DNA of 64,000 nucleotides, taken from assembly GCA_964539395.1 (NCBI GenBank), contig CAZIIU010000013.1, positions 14,082 to 78,081 of the forward strand, read 5' to 3'. This document shows, one piece after another, positions 8,873 to 17,621 of the stretch (positions are counted from its first letter, which is position 1; each line of letters opens with the position of its first letter). This DNA comes from an uncultured Bacteroidaceae bacterium. GTDB taxonomy: Bacteria > Bacteroidota > Bacteroidia > Bacteroidales > GCA-2748055. The notes under the pieces were generated by a model. That model worked only from the letters and a program-made list of their open reading frames with translations, made no database searches and had not been told where the DNA came from. Position numbers and translations under genes: made by a program.

Positions 8873-10918
8873 CTAGAGTCTAACGCCAATTACCAGTATG
8901 TCATCAACCTGGGGCTCATCACCCATCCAGTCCTTAATCTCACGTTCAAGCATGCCATACTGTTCATTCATCGGATGACTGGCAATTTGTTGAAGGAGTT
9001 TTACAAACCGGCCTGTCATATACTTACCGCCTTTCTCCCCGCCAAACTGATCGGCATACCCATCTGAAAAAATATAGATCATATCACCTTCTTCATAGGT
9101 AAAGGAATGATTCGTAAAACTCTTTTTGATCTCAATAATATGTCCACCGATCGGTATACGGTCTGCCTTGTATTTTACCAATTCACCATTGCGTACAAGA
9201 ACCAGCGGATTAAATGCACCGGCAAACTGCACAAGTTTCTTTTTCCTATCGATAGTTACCATGGCCAGATCCATTCCATCCTGAACAGATTCATTCTTTG
9301 TCTGCCGGAGGGTAGCAGTAACCCCTTCATCGAGAATCCTGAGTATTTCCGAGGGTTGTGTTTCATTCTCCACATTCAGTGCATAGTTCAGCTGGTTGTT
9401 TCCTACTATCGACATAAACGCTCCAGGAACACCATGCCCTGTGCAATCGACTGCCGAAACAATCAACTTGCCGTTTTTTGCGGCTACCCAATAGAAATCT
9501 CCACTCACTATATCACGTGGCTTATAAAAGAAAAATGCATTCGGTATGATCCTCTTCAAATAATCATCCGGGGGCAATATTGCTTTCTGAATTCTGCTTG
9601 CATAATGTATACTGTCTTCAATCTCATTATAGGCCCTCTGAAGCGAGTCATTGGCTTTAGACAACATGTTTCTCTGCTCCTCCAGTGTATCACGCTGCGC
9701 CTCTATCTCCTCTTTCTGAACCACCACTTCAGCGGTACGATCCTTCACTTTTTGCTCCAGTTCATTGTAGTAGCTCTCCAACTCGGCTATCATGTTGTTG
9801 AATTGCTCCGACAGTGATGCGATCTCATTGTTCCCTACCACCTCAGCCCGTTCATTCAGGTGTCCGGCAGTGATCCGGTTGACATTCGAAACGAGTCGCT
9901 TAATGGGATCGGTGATCACTTTGGTTTTCCTGTAAAGCAGAATAACGACGATCACAACAGTAACGGAGAACAGCAGTATGAACTTAAACAGTTCCCGCCT
10001 TAAGATGGTCCTCTCTTCAGTGGTATCTGATATGATTCGAATGACGGATTCCTTATAAAGACTCGTATTTTTTCGGTCCAGATAAATAAAATCGCGCCTA
10101 ACAGGTGGTTTTGACCGGGGGTCATCCAGGGTAACCCTCTCTTTCGATTCCATTACCTTCCTGTAGGTCGATGCAAACTCATCCTCAATGGTGGCATCAC
10201 CATTCAGGCACAATGGATTATCCATGCCGATAAAAAGATCAACAGAGATAATATTGGTACGCATCGCTGCCATGTTGTTCATCCGCTTCTTCACGAAATC
10301 AATAATACTGTCTGCCTGGTCAGAATATATCCCCAATTCAATCAGGTACCTGCCATCGAGGGTTGGAATGTAGGTGAACTTCTTCAGACGCTTGGTTGAA
10401 TTCTCAATGGTAAACTTCTCACTCAGAAACTCCCCGCTCTCCCATACATGCTCAAGCATCTCTTTATGTTCCATACCAAATTCAAAAAAATTCAGACCAA
10501 GGTCGGGCTTAAACGTTGTATTTACTACTACACCATCCCTGTTGATTACATAGATATCCTGGTTCTCGCAGTCCATACCTATGCGCTTTTGAACAGCCGA
10601 CAGATCAGTCGTCTCAATATTTTTCGTATCCCTGAATACTTCATTAACGAGAATCTCGCTGTACCGCTTCAGGTCAGGGTCAATCTGCTTATCCAGGATC
10701 CGCATGGCCATATCCTGCATCTCATGAATCTGCTTGATCTCCTCACTGATAATCTTACTTTTACTCTTACTCGATTCTTCAAGAATGCTCCAGGTCTGCC
10801 GGACATTAATAATACCCAGAGCCAGCAGAGCCAGTATCGCCGGAATAACAACATTCAGAATCAACTGCTTAAATATCGTAGTACGCTTTCTCAAAGTAAG
10901 TTTTAATTCGTTTTCCAA
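8873..10918 (-). CDS. Membrane sensor PP2C/SpoIIE-family Ser/Thr phosphatase (TM, periplasmic Cache-like domain, TM, HAMP, coiled coil, PP2C)
   Basis: 681 aa. TM1 is ILNVVIPAILALLALGIINV. About 270 aa of extracytoplasmic domain follow. TM2 is FILLFSVTVVIVVILLY. HAMP-like PIKRLVSNVNRITAGHLNERAEV. PP2C motifs SGDFYWV, DCTGHGVPGAFMS, FSDGYADQFGG, DDILVIGVRL. Its start overlaps the upstream stop by 16 nt. Confidence 0.85.
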   Translation of the reverse strand: MENELKLTLRKRTTIFKQLILNVVIPAILALLALGIINVRQTWSILEESSKSKSKIISEEIKQIHEMQDMAMRILDKQIDPDLKRYSEILVNEVFRDTKNIETTDLSAVQKRIGMDCENQDIYVINRDGVVVNTTFKPDLGLNFFEFGMEHKEMLEHVWESGEFLSEKFTIENSTKRLKKFTYIPTLDGRYLIELGIYSDQADSIIDFVKKRMNNMAAMRTNIISVDLFIGMDNPLCLNGDATIEDEFASTYRKVMESKERVTLDDPRSKPPVRRDFIYLDRKNTSLYKESVIRIISDTTEERTILRRELFKFILLFSVTVVIVVILLYRKTKVITDPIKRLVSNVNRITAGHLNERAEVVGNNEIASLSEQFNNMIAELESYYNELEQKVKDRTAEVVVQKEEIEAQRDTLEEQRNMLSKANDSLQRAYNEIEDSIHYASRIQKAILPPDDYLKRIIPNAFFFYKPRDIVSGDFYWVAAKNGKLIVSAVDCTGHGVPGAFMSIVGNNQLNYALNVENETQPSEILRILDEGVTATLRQTKNESVQDGMDLAMVTIDRKKKLVQFAGAFNPLVLVRNGELVKYKADRIPIGGHIIEIKKSFTNHSFTYEEGDMIYIFSDGYADQFGGEKGGKYMTGRFVKLLQQIASHPMNEQYGMLEREIKDWMGDEPQVDDILVIGVRL

Positions 10919-13900
10919 TGAATAAACCTGGCTGCATCAGCAGTACTGAAGAAGCGGTGGCAAACCAACCTTAATTCCGGCAAATCAAACAATAACTCCC
11001 TGAACACCTTTCTCTCTATCTGGTAAAACCGGAATTCAGGATGAGATGCAAGATAATCCATTTGTCCCAAAATTGCGGGATAGTCGGTAAGGTTTATTAC
11101 TACTCCCTCTGAAAGCAGGTTTTCTATCGCACTACCGGACTTCATAATAGACACATAATCAGGCCTATCCGTGGATATGTAAGAATTACCGATAAAATTG
11201 GAGGCAAATTTATAAATCGTCTCCCGCTCAAGATCACTAAATAATTTCCAGCTTTTAAGCTCTTCAACAACCTCAATGATTCCTGAACCAAATGATGGTA
11301 CTTCAGCAGGTCCTGCTATACTTTCATCACTATAAACTCCTTCTATCCTTTTTACAATATCAGTGTATAGTTCTTTATCCTTAGTTGCCAGAACATGCGA
11401 TGCGGTTTTACTGATAACAGGATCAGGATGAAATACCTGTGCAGCAAGGTACCTTTCTGCATCAACATCAATACTTCTTAACATTTCAATTGCACAAATG
11501 CGCAAATAACTTCCTGTATAAAGACCATCCCTGTTCATCAAATCAATCAGCAACTTTTCATATGAACTGATCTCCACTGGCATTTCATTTTGCAATCTCC
11601 TGATCTTTTCAGGCACGGAAAGAGCATCATAATAGGGCTCGAGGTAGGCATAGACCTGGTCATCAACAATCAGGTTCATTAGTTCAAGGGCATAGCCTGC
11701 ATCTTCATTGTCTTTATCTTCAATGCTCTGTTGTACATGACCAATGACACTTCTGTCATATGCGATCCCCAACAGGTTAAAAATAAGATGGTCCGTGCGC
11801 TTTCTCTCCTCTGCAATGGCCCCATACAAGTCGTTCCCGGGATCATTCTCCCTTATGACAAATTCTGCTGCTATGTTCATTGCACCGGCAAGTACTGCCT
11901 CATAGACCAGATCAAGCAGAACCAATTTCTGCTGTTCATCAGGATGATAATTGTATATGTATAATCCACGAATGGCTGCCTCCCTCACATCCCTCTGAAA
12001 ATAACTGATCTTATCGAACAAGAGATCTTTCGCACGCTGACTTCCGATTGAAATCATGGCCCGAACAATTCTTAATCGCACGATCTCCTCGACTCCCGAC
12101 TTGTGAAAGGCATTTTCCAGGTGACCCAGAACCAGATCACCCATATCCACCAGTGCCGACCAAGCTGCTGTATACAGATCGGGGTGTCCAAGATAATCCA
12201 CCAGGTAACTGCCAATCTGCTTAACTTTCAGTTTTCCTGCAGCCTCAATGGCAGCAATCCGAATCTGCATGTCCCGGTCCCGGAGAAGCGATATGATATT
12301 TGGAAGCTGACCCTCATCACGCAGTTCAACAGTTTGCAACAACGAAGCAAGTACCCTGTTCCTGTCGGACGTCCTGAAATGCTCTGAAATCTTTTTCCCC
12401 GGGAGATTCAACCGTTCTTTATATGCTAATATGATTTCTCTGAGTTCCTCATCCTTACTACTTTTCAGAGCACTCTCCACAATTTCGTCAGGGCACCGGT
12501 ACAAGGTGCCTGAAATCAACTTCCATGCAACCTTTCTCTTCTCTTCATCAGAAGCACCAAGAAGATGGTTCAGCTGATCATGATCAGTCTGATGATAGAA
12601 ATAGGGATCCAGCCGGATCATCTCACGATACATCGAAGCCTCTGATACATTCTCTTCCTGGGACTGTACATTGGAAACATCCATCGTTTCGGCAGCCCTG
12701 GCAGTTGCCAAAGATTCGTTTAATGTCCTGCGATACAACCTGTACAGCGACAGCCCGAGTATGACCCAAATGACAAGCAGAGCTATTAGTATATAGGAGA
12801 AATGGATAACCTGAATAAAACTCAGAAATAATAAGCCAGCCATTATCAGTCCGGCTGCAAAGGCTGTAAATTCATTGACAATCCCATCAATTTTTGCCTG
12901 GATATCAAACCGCTCACCAGAATCGATCGATTGGTAAAGTATTTTCATTGAAGGACTTTCAATGGCATCCTTAAGCGACTTGTTGAAAAGCTTGGAAAGT
13001 GATATTACCAGGAAAAAAAATGTAAAACTGGCCGCCTCTGCCGTATACCCGAAAAAGCCACCCACAACAGCTGCAATGATCGTTAAAACCAACAACAGTA
13101 CCGGTGAGATCAACAATGAAACTCTGAGACCGTAATTCTTCATCAGCCATCCGTATAGGGTACTTTTTATGACCACAGTAAAGATCATCATCGTACCGAA
13201 AAATGCACCGAGAAAACTTGTCAACTCTCTGCTATCCTCATAATTTGCCTCGGTGGCCCACATAAAGGAATAATGGATAAAAAAGGCGACAATAACGCTG
13301 AGAATTACGAACATCGCCATCATGGAAGTGTATCTCTTTCGGAATATGCTTAAAAAACCTCTGCTTCTTCTTTTTAATTCCGAAGAAATTAAAACTGTCC
13401 CTATACGGTGCTTGTAAAGAACCAGTATTTGAAACAACATTGCAATGATCAGACTTGCCAGGCCGATCAGCAGGGTATTATGTACTTCAAAATTAAATCT
13501 AACCAGCAAGGGTACTGCATAAAAAGCCATGATCATCCCAACGATCGAACCGGTATCGATCACACCAAAGAGCCTCTTTCCCTCCCTGAGTGTAAAGTAC
13601 CTGCCGGCCGTGCCCCAGAATCCCAACAAGCTGATTATGATCAGCGGTCCCATAAATACCAACAGTGCAAATGTTACAACGGGATCATCTGTAATATTAT
13701 ATCCGAGACGAATGATACCGGTCAGAATAATAACCATTAAAAGATTGAGAATCGTAAATAACCCGAAGCGTATCTTTTTCTGGAGATAGGTGTATGCAGA
13801 GGTGAAGAGGATTCCAACGGCACCTGAAATCATGAAGGCGCGGGGCATCATATTAGCACTGTAGGCATCAAGAAATAATGCATTGGCGCCTACGTCCAGG

Positions 13901-14004
13901 GCCCCGGCAAAAATACCAAGAAAAACTGATTGTGTCAGAAGGAGGAATACAACACTTCTTTCATCCTTTTCGATGTTCATCAACTTGGGAATGCTTAGTG
14001 CCAT
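10903..14004 (-). CDS. Fusion protein: ~12-TM MFS/nucleotide-transporter-like domain, HEAT repeats, degenerate cyclic-nucleotide-binding-like C-terminus
   Basis: The ORF track starts at a TTG (14064). I prefer ATG at 14002-14004 (MALSIPKLMNIEKDERS) because a TAATTTTG -7 box sits at 14040-14047, inside the extension. Hydrophobic helices run through aa ~35-445. HEAT-like repeats include LPNIISLLRDRDMQIRIAAIEAAGKL and YLGHPDLYTAAWSALVDMG. The last ~115 aa (LFSDLERETIYKFASNF...YVSIMKSGSAI...) resemble a CNB fold, but I see no FGE or R[ST]A phosphate-binding cassette. Confidence 0.7.
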   Translation of the reverse strand: MALSIPKLMNIEKDERSVVFLLLTQSVFLGIFAGALDVGANALFLDAYSANMMPRAFMISGAVGILFTSAYTYLQKKIRFGLFTILNLLMVIILTGIIRLGYNITDDPVVTFALLVFMGPLIIISLLGFWGTAGRYFTLREGKRLFGVIDTGSIVGMIMAFYAVPLLVRFNFEVHNTLLIGLASLIIAMLFQILVLYKHRIGTVLISSELKRRSRGFLSIFRKRYTSMMAMFVILSVIVAFFIHYSFMWATEANYEDSRELTSFLGAFFGTMMIFTVVIKSTLYGWLMKNYGLRVSLLISPVLLLVLTIIAAVVGGFFGYTAEAASFTFFFLVISLSKLFNKSLKDAIESPSMKILYQSIDSGERFDIQAKIDGIVNEFTAFAAGLIMAGLLFLSFIQVIHFSYILIALLVIWVILGLSLYRLYRRTLNESLATARAAETMDVSNVQSQEENVSEASMYREMIRLDPYFYHQTDHDQLNHLLGASDEEKRKVAWKLISGTLYRCPDEIVESALKSSKDEELREIILAYKERLNLPGKKISEHFRTSDRNRVLASLLQTVELRDEGQLPNIISLLRDRDMQIRIAAIEAAGKLKVKQIGSYLVDYLGHPDLYTAAWSALVDMGDLVLGHLENAFHKSGVEEIVRLRIVRAMISIGSQRAKDLLFDKISYFQRDVREAAIRGLYIYNYHPDEQQKLVLLDLVYEAVLAGAMNIAAEFVIRENDPGNDLYGAIAEERKRTDHLIFNLLGIAYDRSVIGHVQQSIEDKDNEDAGYALELMNLIVDDQVYAYLEPYYDALSVPEKIRRLQNEMPVEISSYEKLLIDLMNRDGLYTGSYLRICAIEMLRSIDVDAERYLAAQVFHPDPVISKTASHVLATKDKELYTDIVKRIEGVYSDESIAGPAEVPSFGSGIIEVVEELKSWKLFSDLERETIYKFASNFIGNSYISTDRPDYVSIMKSGSAIENLLSEGVVINLTDYPAILGQMDYLASHPEFRFYQIERKVFRELLFDLPELRLVCHRFFSTADAARFIHWKTN

Positions 14005-14039
14005 CCTCAGGGAATTTGCAATTAAGGTGCAGCAAAATA

Positions 14040-14047
14040 CAAAATTA
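14040..14047 (-). promoter_or_regulatory. Bacteroidota -7 promoter box TAATTTTG (minus strand) for the six-gene operon
   Basis: Plus strand reads CAAAATTA at 14040-14047, which is TAATTTTG on the minus strand and matches TAnnTTTG. It lies 35 nt upstream of ATG 14004. Confidence 0.4.
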
Positions 14048-14253
14048 TCATTTGAGTGCAGCAATTATTTTTCAAACGATTCAAAAAACCAACTTAAAGC
14101 TGAATAAAATATGACCAATATAAGGAAAAGAACCTGCCAAAACATTGCTTCACTGGATAACTGACCTTAATTTGATGATGAAATTAAACAAATGGCAACC
14201 TTAATTGTAAAAAAAATTAATACTTTTAAAATCAATATTCCAAAAATGAGCTG

Positions 14254-15024
14254 ATGTTCGGTCCGGATGAAGAAGTAGATATCAAAATTGCCCGCCGGCG
14301 CGAATTAGTCTTCATAATTCTATCCGGTATCTTTCTCGGTACACTCGCTGTACTCAATATTCTGGGCCTTTCCAGACAGATTGATCTGTCGTTCACGATC
14401 CGCGGGTGGACTGTGCCTTTTATCGTCTTTATTGGTGTACTCCCCTACCCGATCACATTCCTGTGTACAGACTTTATAAGTGAACTCTACGGAAGACGAA
14501 GGGCCAATACAGTTGTTTGGGTGGGCCTCATACTCAACCTCTGGGTACTTTTTATCCTCTGGATCGGCGGTGTGCTTCCCCCACGGCCTGAACTGGATGC
14601 AAATAACCTGCCAGAGCTGACAGATCCAACCTATAGCTTCTTTTATTTCCGAAAATTAACTGGAATGGCCACAATGGCATCTATGATCGCCTACCTGACC
14701 GCCCAGTTTGTCGACGTGCAGATATTCCACCTCTTAAAAAAACTCACAAAGGGAAAAGCCCTTTGGCTAAGGAACAACGGTTCCACTCTCACCAGCCAGA
14801 TGGTCGACTCAATTGCAGTGATCCTGATTACCTACTCTTTCTCCGACGCGATCCATATCCATCCGGGAGAGACCGTGGCACACGGACTTATGATACTCAT
14901 CTTGTCAAATTATACCTTCAAAATGGTCTCTGCCCTGCTTGACACAATACCTTTCTATATAGGGGTCAAGACCCTTTCCCGCTACCTTCACCTGGATCCA
15001 AATAAAGATTACAGTGGTAAATAA
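14254..15024 (+). CDS. yhhQ: Queuosine-precursor transporter (YhhQ/VUT, DUF165 family)
   Basis: 256 aa and polytopic. The conserved-looking LPYPITFLCTDFISELYGRRRAN segment and the size fit the YhhQ family. It is divergent from the operon above. Confidence 0.75.
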   Translation: MFGPDEEVDIKIARRRELVFIILSGIFLGTLAVLNILGLSRQIDLSFTIRGWTVPFIVFIGVLPYPITFLCTDFISELYGRRRANTVVWVGLILNLWVLFILWIGGVLPPRPELDANNLPELTDPTYSFFYFRKLTGMATMASMIAYLTAQFVDVQIFHLLKKLTKGKALWLRNNGSTLTSQMVDSIAVILITYSFSDAIHIHPGETVAHGLMILILSNYTFKMVSALLDTIPFYIGVKTLSRYLHLDPNKDYSGK

Positions 15025-15127
15025 GGTACATCCGCGTCTCATCATATCATTAGTACCCTTAAATAGTAATGCATTTTATACCCTGTCAAACATACACCAA
15101 AAAAGCAGCTGTCTTATCCAAATTTTG

Positions 15128-15145
15128 TAATTTTGTTTAGCTTTG
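15128..15145 (+). promoter_or_regulatory. Two tandem -7 boxes (TAATTTTG 15128-15135; TAGCTTTG 15138-15145) upstream of the liu-mva cluster
   Basis: Both match TAnnTTTG exactly. They lie 75-85 nt upstream of the TTG start at 15220. Confidence 0.4.
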
Positions 15146-15219
15146 TTTAAACTTTTTTCTGTATCTTTTAAACAAAATCGGATAAAAAGGTGTTAATGAT
15201 AAAATAAAAGCAAAAAAGA

Positions 15220-16827
15220 TTGTATACGATCAGGTCCAATATAGAAACAAGAAACTCTGAATTCAGGCAAAGAAAAGAATTTCACAGCGCACTGCTTAAC
15301 AATTACCGGTCTTCATTGGCAGAGGTCATCTCCGGGGGGACGACAGTTGCCAGGGAAAAGCACACCGCCCGTGGAAAACTGTTGGTCAGGGACCGCATCG
15401 ACCTGCTGATCGATCCCAATACACCCTTTCTTGAACTCTCCCCGCTGGCAGCTTACGAGCAGTACGACAACCAGTTCCCTTCTGCCGGTATCGTTACTGG
15501 AATAGGAGTGATCCACGGTAAAGAGACTATCATCATAGCAAACGACGCCACGGTAAAGGGCGGTACATACGTGGAAGAGACCATTAAAAAGCACCTGCGC
15601 GCACAGGAAATCGCACTCAAAAACCATCTACCTGCAGTCTACCTGGTAGACTCCGGCGGAGTTTTCCTGCCAAACCAGGCCGAGGTGTTCCCCGACAAAG
15701 AGGATTTTGGCCGCATTTTCTACAACCAGGCACGCCTTTCAGCTGCCGGTATTCCGCAGATAGCCATCGTTATGGGATCATGTACCGCAGGTGGAGCATA
15801 TGTCCCGGCCATGAGCGACGAGACGATTATCGTTAAGGACCAGGGTACGATCTTTCTCGGGGGACCGCCACTTGTTCGGGCCGCTACCGGTGAGAACGTT
15901 ACTGCCGAAGAGCTCGGTGGTGGTGTGGTGCACACCTCCATCTCAGGTGTTGCCGACCATTTGGCCGAAAACGACAGGGATGCACTTCAAATCTGCAGGA
16001 ACATCTTCGAAACACTCCAGATGCCCGAACGGCAAAACCTCGAACGCATCCCGGTAAAAGAACCGCTCTACGACCCTGAAGAGATTCCCGGGATCCTTCC
16101 GGTATCAGGCCGAGAGCCATACGATGTAAGAGAAATCATCGCCCGACTGGTCGATGGTAGTGAGTTCTCCGAGTTTAAGAAAAACTACGGTACTACGCTG
16201 ATCACCGGTTTTGCACATATCATGGGCTATCCCGTAGGTATCATCGCCAACAACGGGATCCTCTTTTCCGAATCCTCCCTCAAAGGGACCCACTTCATCC
16301 AGTTATGCGATTTTCGCGGTCTCCCGATCATCTTCCTTCAGAATATCTCCGGCTTCATGGTCGGTAAAAAATATGAGCAGGGAGGCATAGCCAAAGACGG
16401 CGCTAAAATGGTCCATGCCGTTGCCAATACCCGGGTGCCCCGCTTTACGATCATAATCGGAGGGTCATTCGGCGCCGGAAACTATGCCATGTCGGGGAGG
16501 GCGTATGATCCAAACATGCTGTTCATGTGGCCGAACTCCAAAATTTCGGTTATGGGCGGTGAACAGGCTGCAGATGTTCTTGCAACCATCAGGGAGGATC
16601 AACTTGCAGCAAAAGGTGAAACACTAACCCCTGAAGAAAATGAAAAAATACGCCGTCCTATCATCAATAAATATGAATATGAAGGATCTGCTTATTACAG
16701 CAGTTCAAGGCTGTGGGACGATGGAATCATCGAACCGGCACAGACCAGGATCATCTTGGGTATCTCCATCTCCATGTCGCTGAACAGAAAATTTGACAAC
16801 CCCCAATATGGCGTGTTCCGAATGTAA
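15220..16827 (+). CDS. liuB: Methylcrotonyl-CoA carboxylase beta subunit (carboxyltransferase)
   Basis: 535 aa. [27 protein letters not shown] and the size are typical of MCCase beta. TTG is the first possible start after an in-frame TAA at 15205-15207. Confidence 0.85.
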   Translation: MYTIRSNIETRNSEFRQRKEFHSALLNNYRSSLAEVISGGTTVAREKHTARGKLLVRDRIDLLIDPNTPFLELSPLAAYEQYDNQFPSAGIVTGIGVIHGKETIIIANDATVKGGTYVEETIKKHLRAQEIALKNHLPAVYLVDSGGVFLPNQAEVFPDKEDFGRIFYNQARLSAAGIPQIAIVMGSCTAGGAYVPAMSDETIIVKDQGTIFLGGPPLVRAATGENVTAEELGGGVVHTSISGVADHLAENDRDALQICRNIFETLQMPERQNLERIPVKEPLYDPEEIPGILPVSGREPYDVREIIARLVDGSEFSEFKKNYGTTLITGFAHIMGYPVGIIANNGILFSESSLKGTHFIQLCDFRGLPIIFLQNISGFMVGKKYEQGGIAKDGAKMVHAVANTRVPRFTIIIGGSFGAGNYAMSGRAYDPNMLFMWPNSKISVMGGEQAADVLATIREDQLAAKGETLTPEENEKIRRPIINKYEYEGSAYYSSSRLWDDGIIEPAQTRIILGISISMSLNRKFDNPQYGVFRM

Positions 16828-16829
16828 TC

Positions 16830-17621
16830 ATGAAACAGAAACAATATATCATAGAATCGACCGGATCGCAGGTGGGTTATATCACCCTCGACAGGCCAGA
16901 GGTACACAACGCCCTGAACATAGAAATGATACGCGAAATAGCCGGATCGATAAAAAGATTCAATACTAGGAAGGGGTTAAGGATGATTATCATCAATGCA
17001 AACGGCGATAATTTCTCTGCAGGGGCGGATCTGAAATGGATGAAGAAGGGACTCGAACAAAATGAAAAAGAGCTAAACAGTGAAAGCCTCGAACTGGCAA
17101 ACCTATTCAACAGCATCTACAACTCATCAGTGGTAACTGTGGCTATAGCAAAAGGAAAAGTCATCGGTGGAGCCAACGGGATTATCAGCGCTACGGATAT
17201 CTCAATTGCCGGCGAAAACAGTTCATTCACCTTCTCCGAAGTCAGACTCGGACTCATACCCGCTATCATTGCACCCTACATCGTGCAAAGGACCGGCGAA
17301 AATATTGCCCGGGAATGGATGCTCACTGGTAGAACGATTCCTGCGCGTGAGGCATATCAGCGCGGACTGCTACATGCCCTGGTACCGGAAACCGATCTTC
17401 CACGATACCTGGAGCAGTTCACGGAAACCATGCTCAACAACGGTCCTAATGCAATGAAGGGCATAAAAAAGATGTTCAGAAAACAGGAATTATCAGCACA
17501 CCCCGACCAGCTGATGAAACCCACTGCAAAACTCATTGGGAAATACAGGATATCGGAAGAGGGACAGGAGGGAATAAAGGCTTTCTTTGAAAAACGAAAA
17601 CCTGCCTGGTACAATGAATAA
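16830..17621 (+). CDS. liuC: Enoyl-CoA hydratase (crotonase family), by context methylglutaconyl-CoA hydratase
   Basis: 263 aa. Crotonase motif FSAGADLKWM. It sits between the two MCCase subunits, with a 2-nt gap upstream. Confidence 0.75.
   Translation: MKQKQYIIESTGSQVGYITLDRPEVHNALNIEMIREIAGSIKRFNTRKGLRMIIINANGDNFSAGADLKWMKKGLEQNEKELNSESLELANLFNSIYNSSVVTVAIAKGKVIGGANGIISATDISIAGENSSFTFSEVRLGLIPAIIAPYIVQRTGENIAREWMLTGRTIPAREAYQRGLLHALVPETDLPRYLEQFTETMLNNGPNAMKGIKKMFRKQELSAHPDQLMKPTAKLIGKYRISEEGQEGIKAFFEKRKPAWYNE

Noticed and set aside
9107-9817. 236-aa plus-strand ORF inside the PP2C phosphatase gene
   Set aside because: It is antisense to a gene with complete HAMP and PP2C motifs and has no features of its own.
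14065-14253. preQ1 riboswitch upstream of the yhhQ-type transporter
   Set aside because: I found no short hairpin followed by an A-rich tail with the preQ1-I consensus. The region is almost purely A/T with no stable stem.
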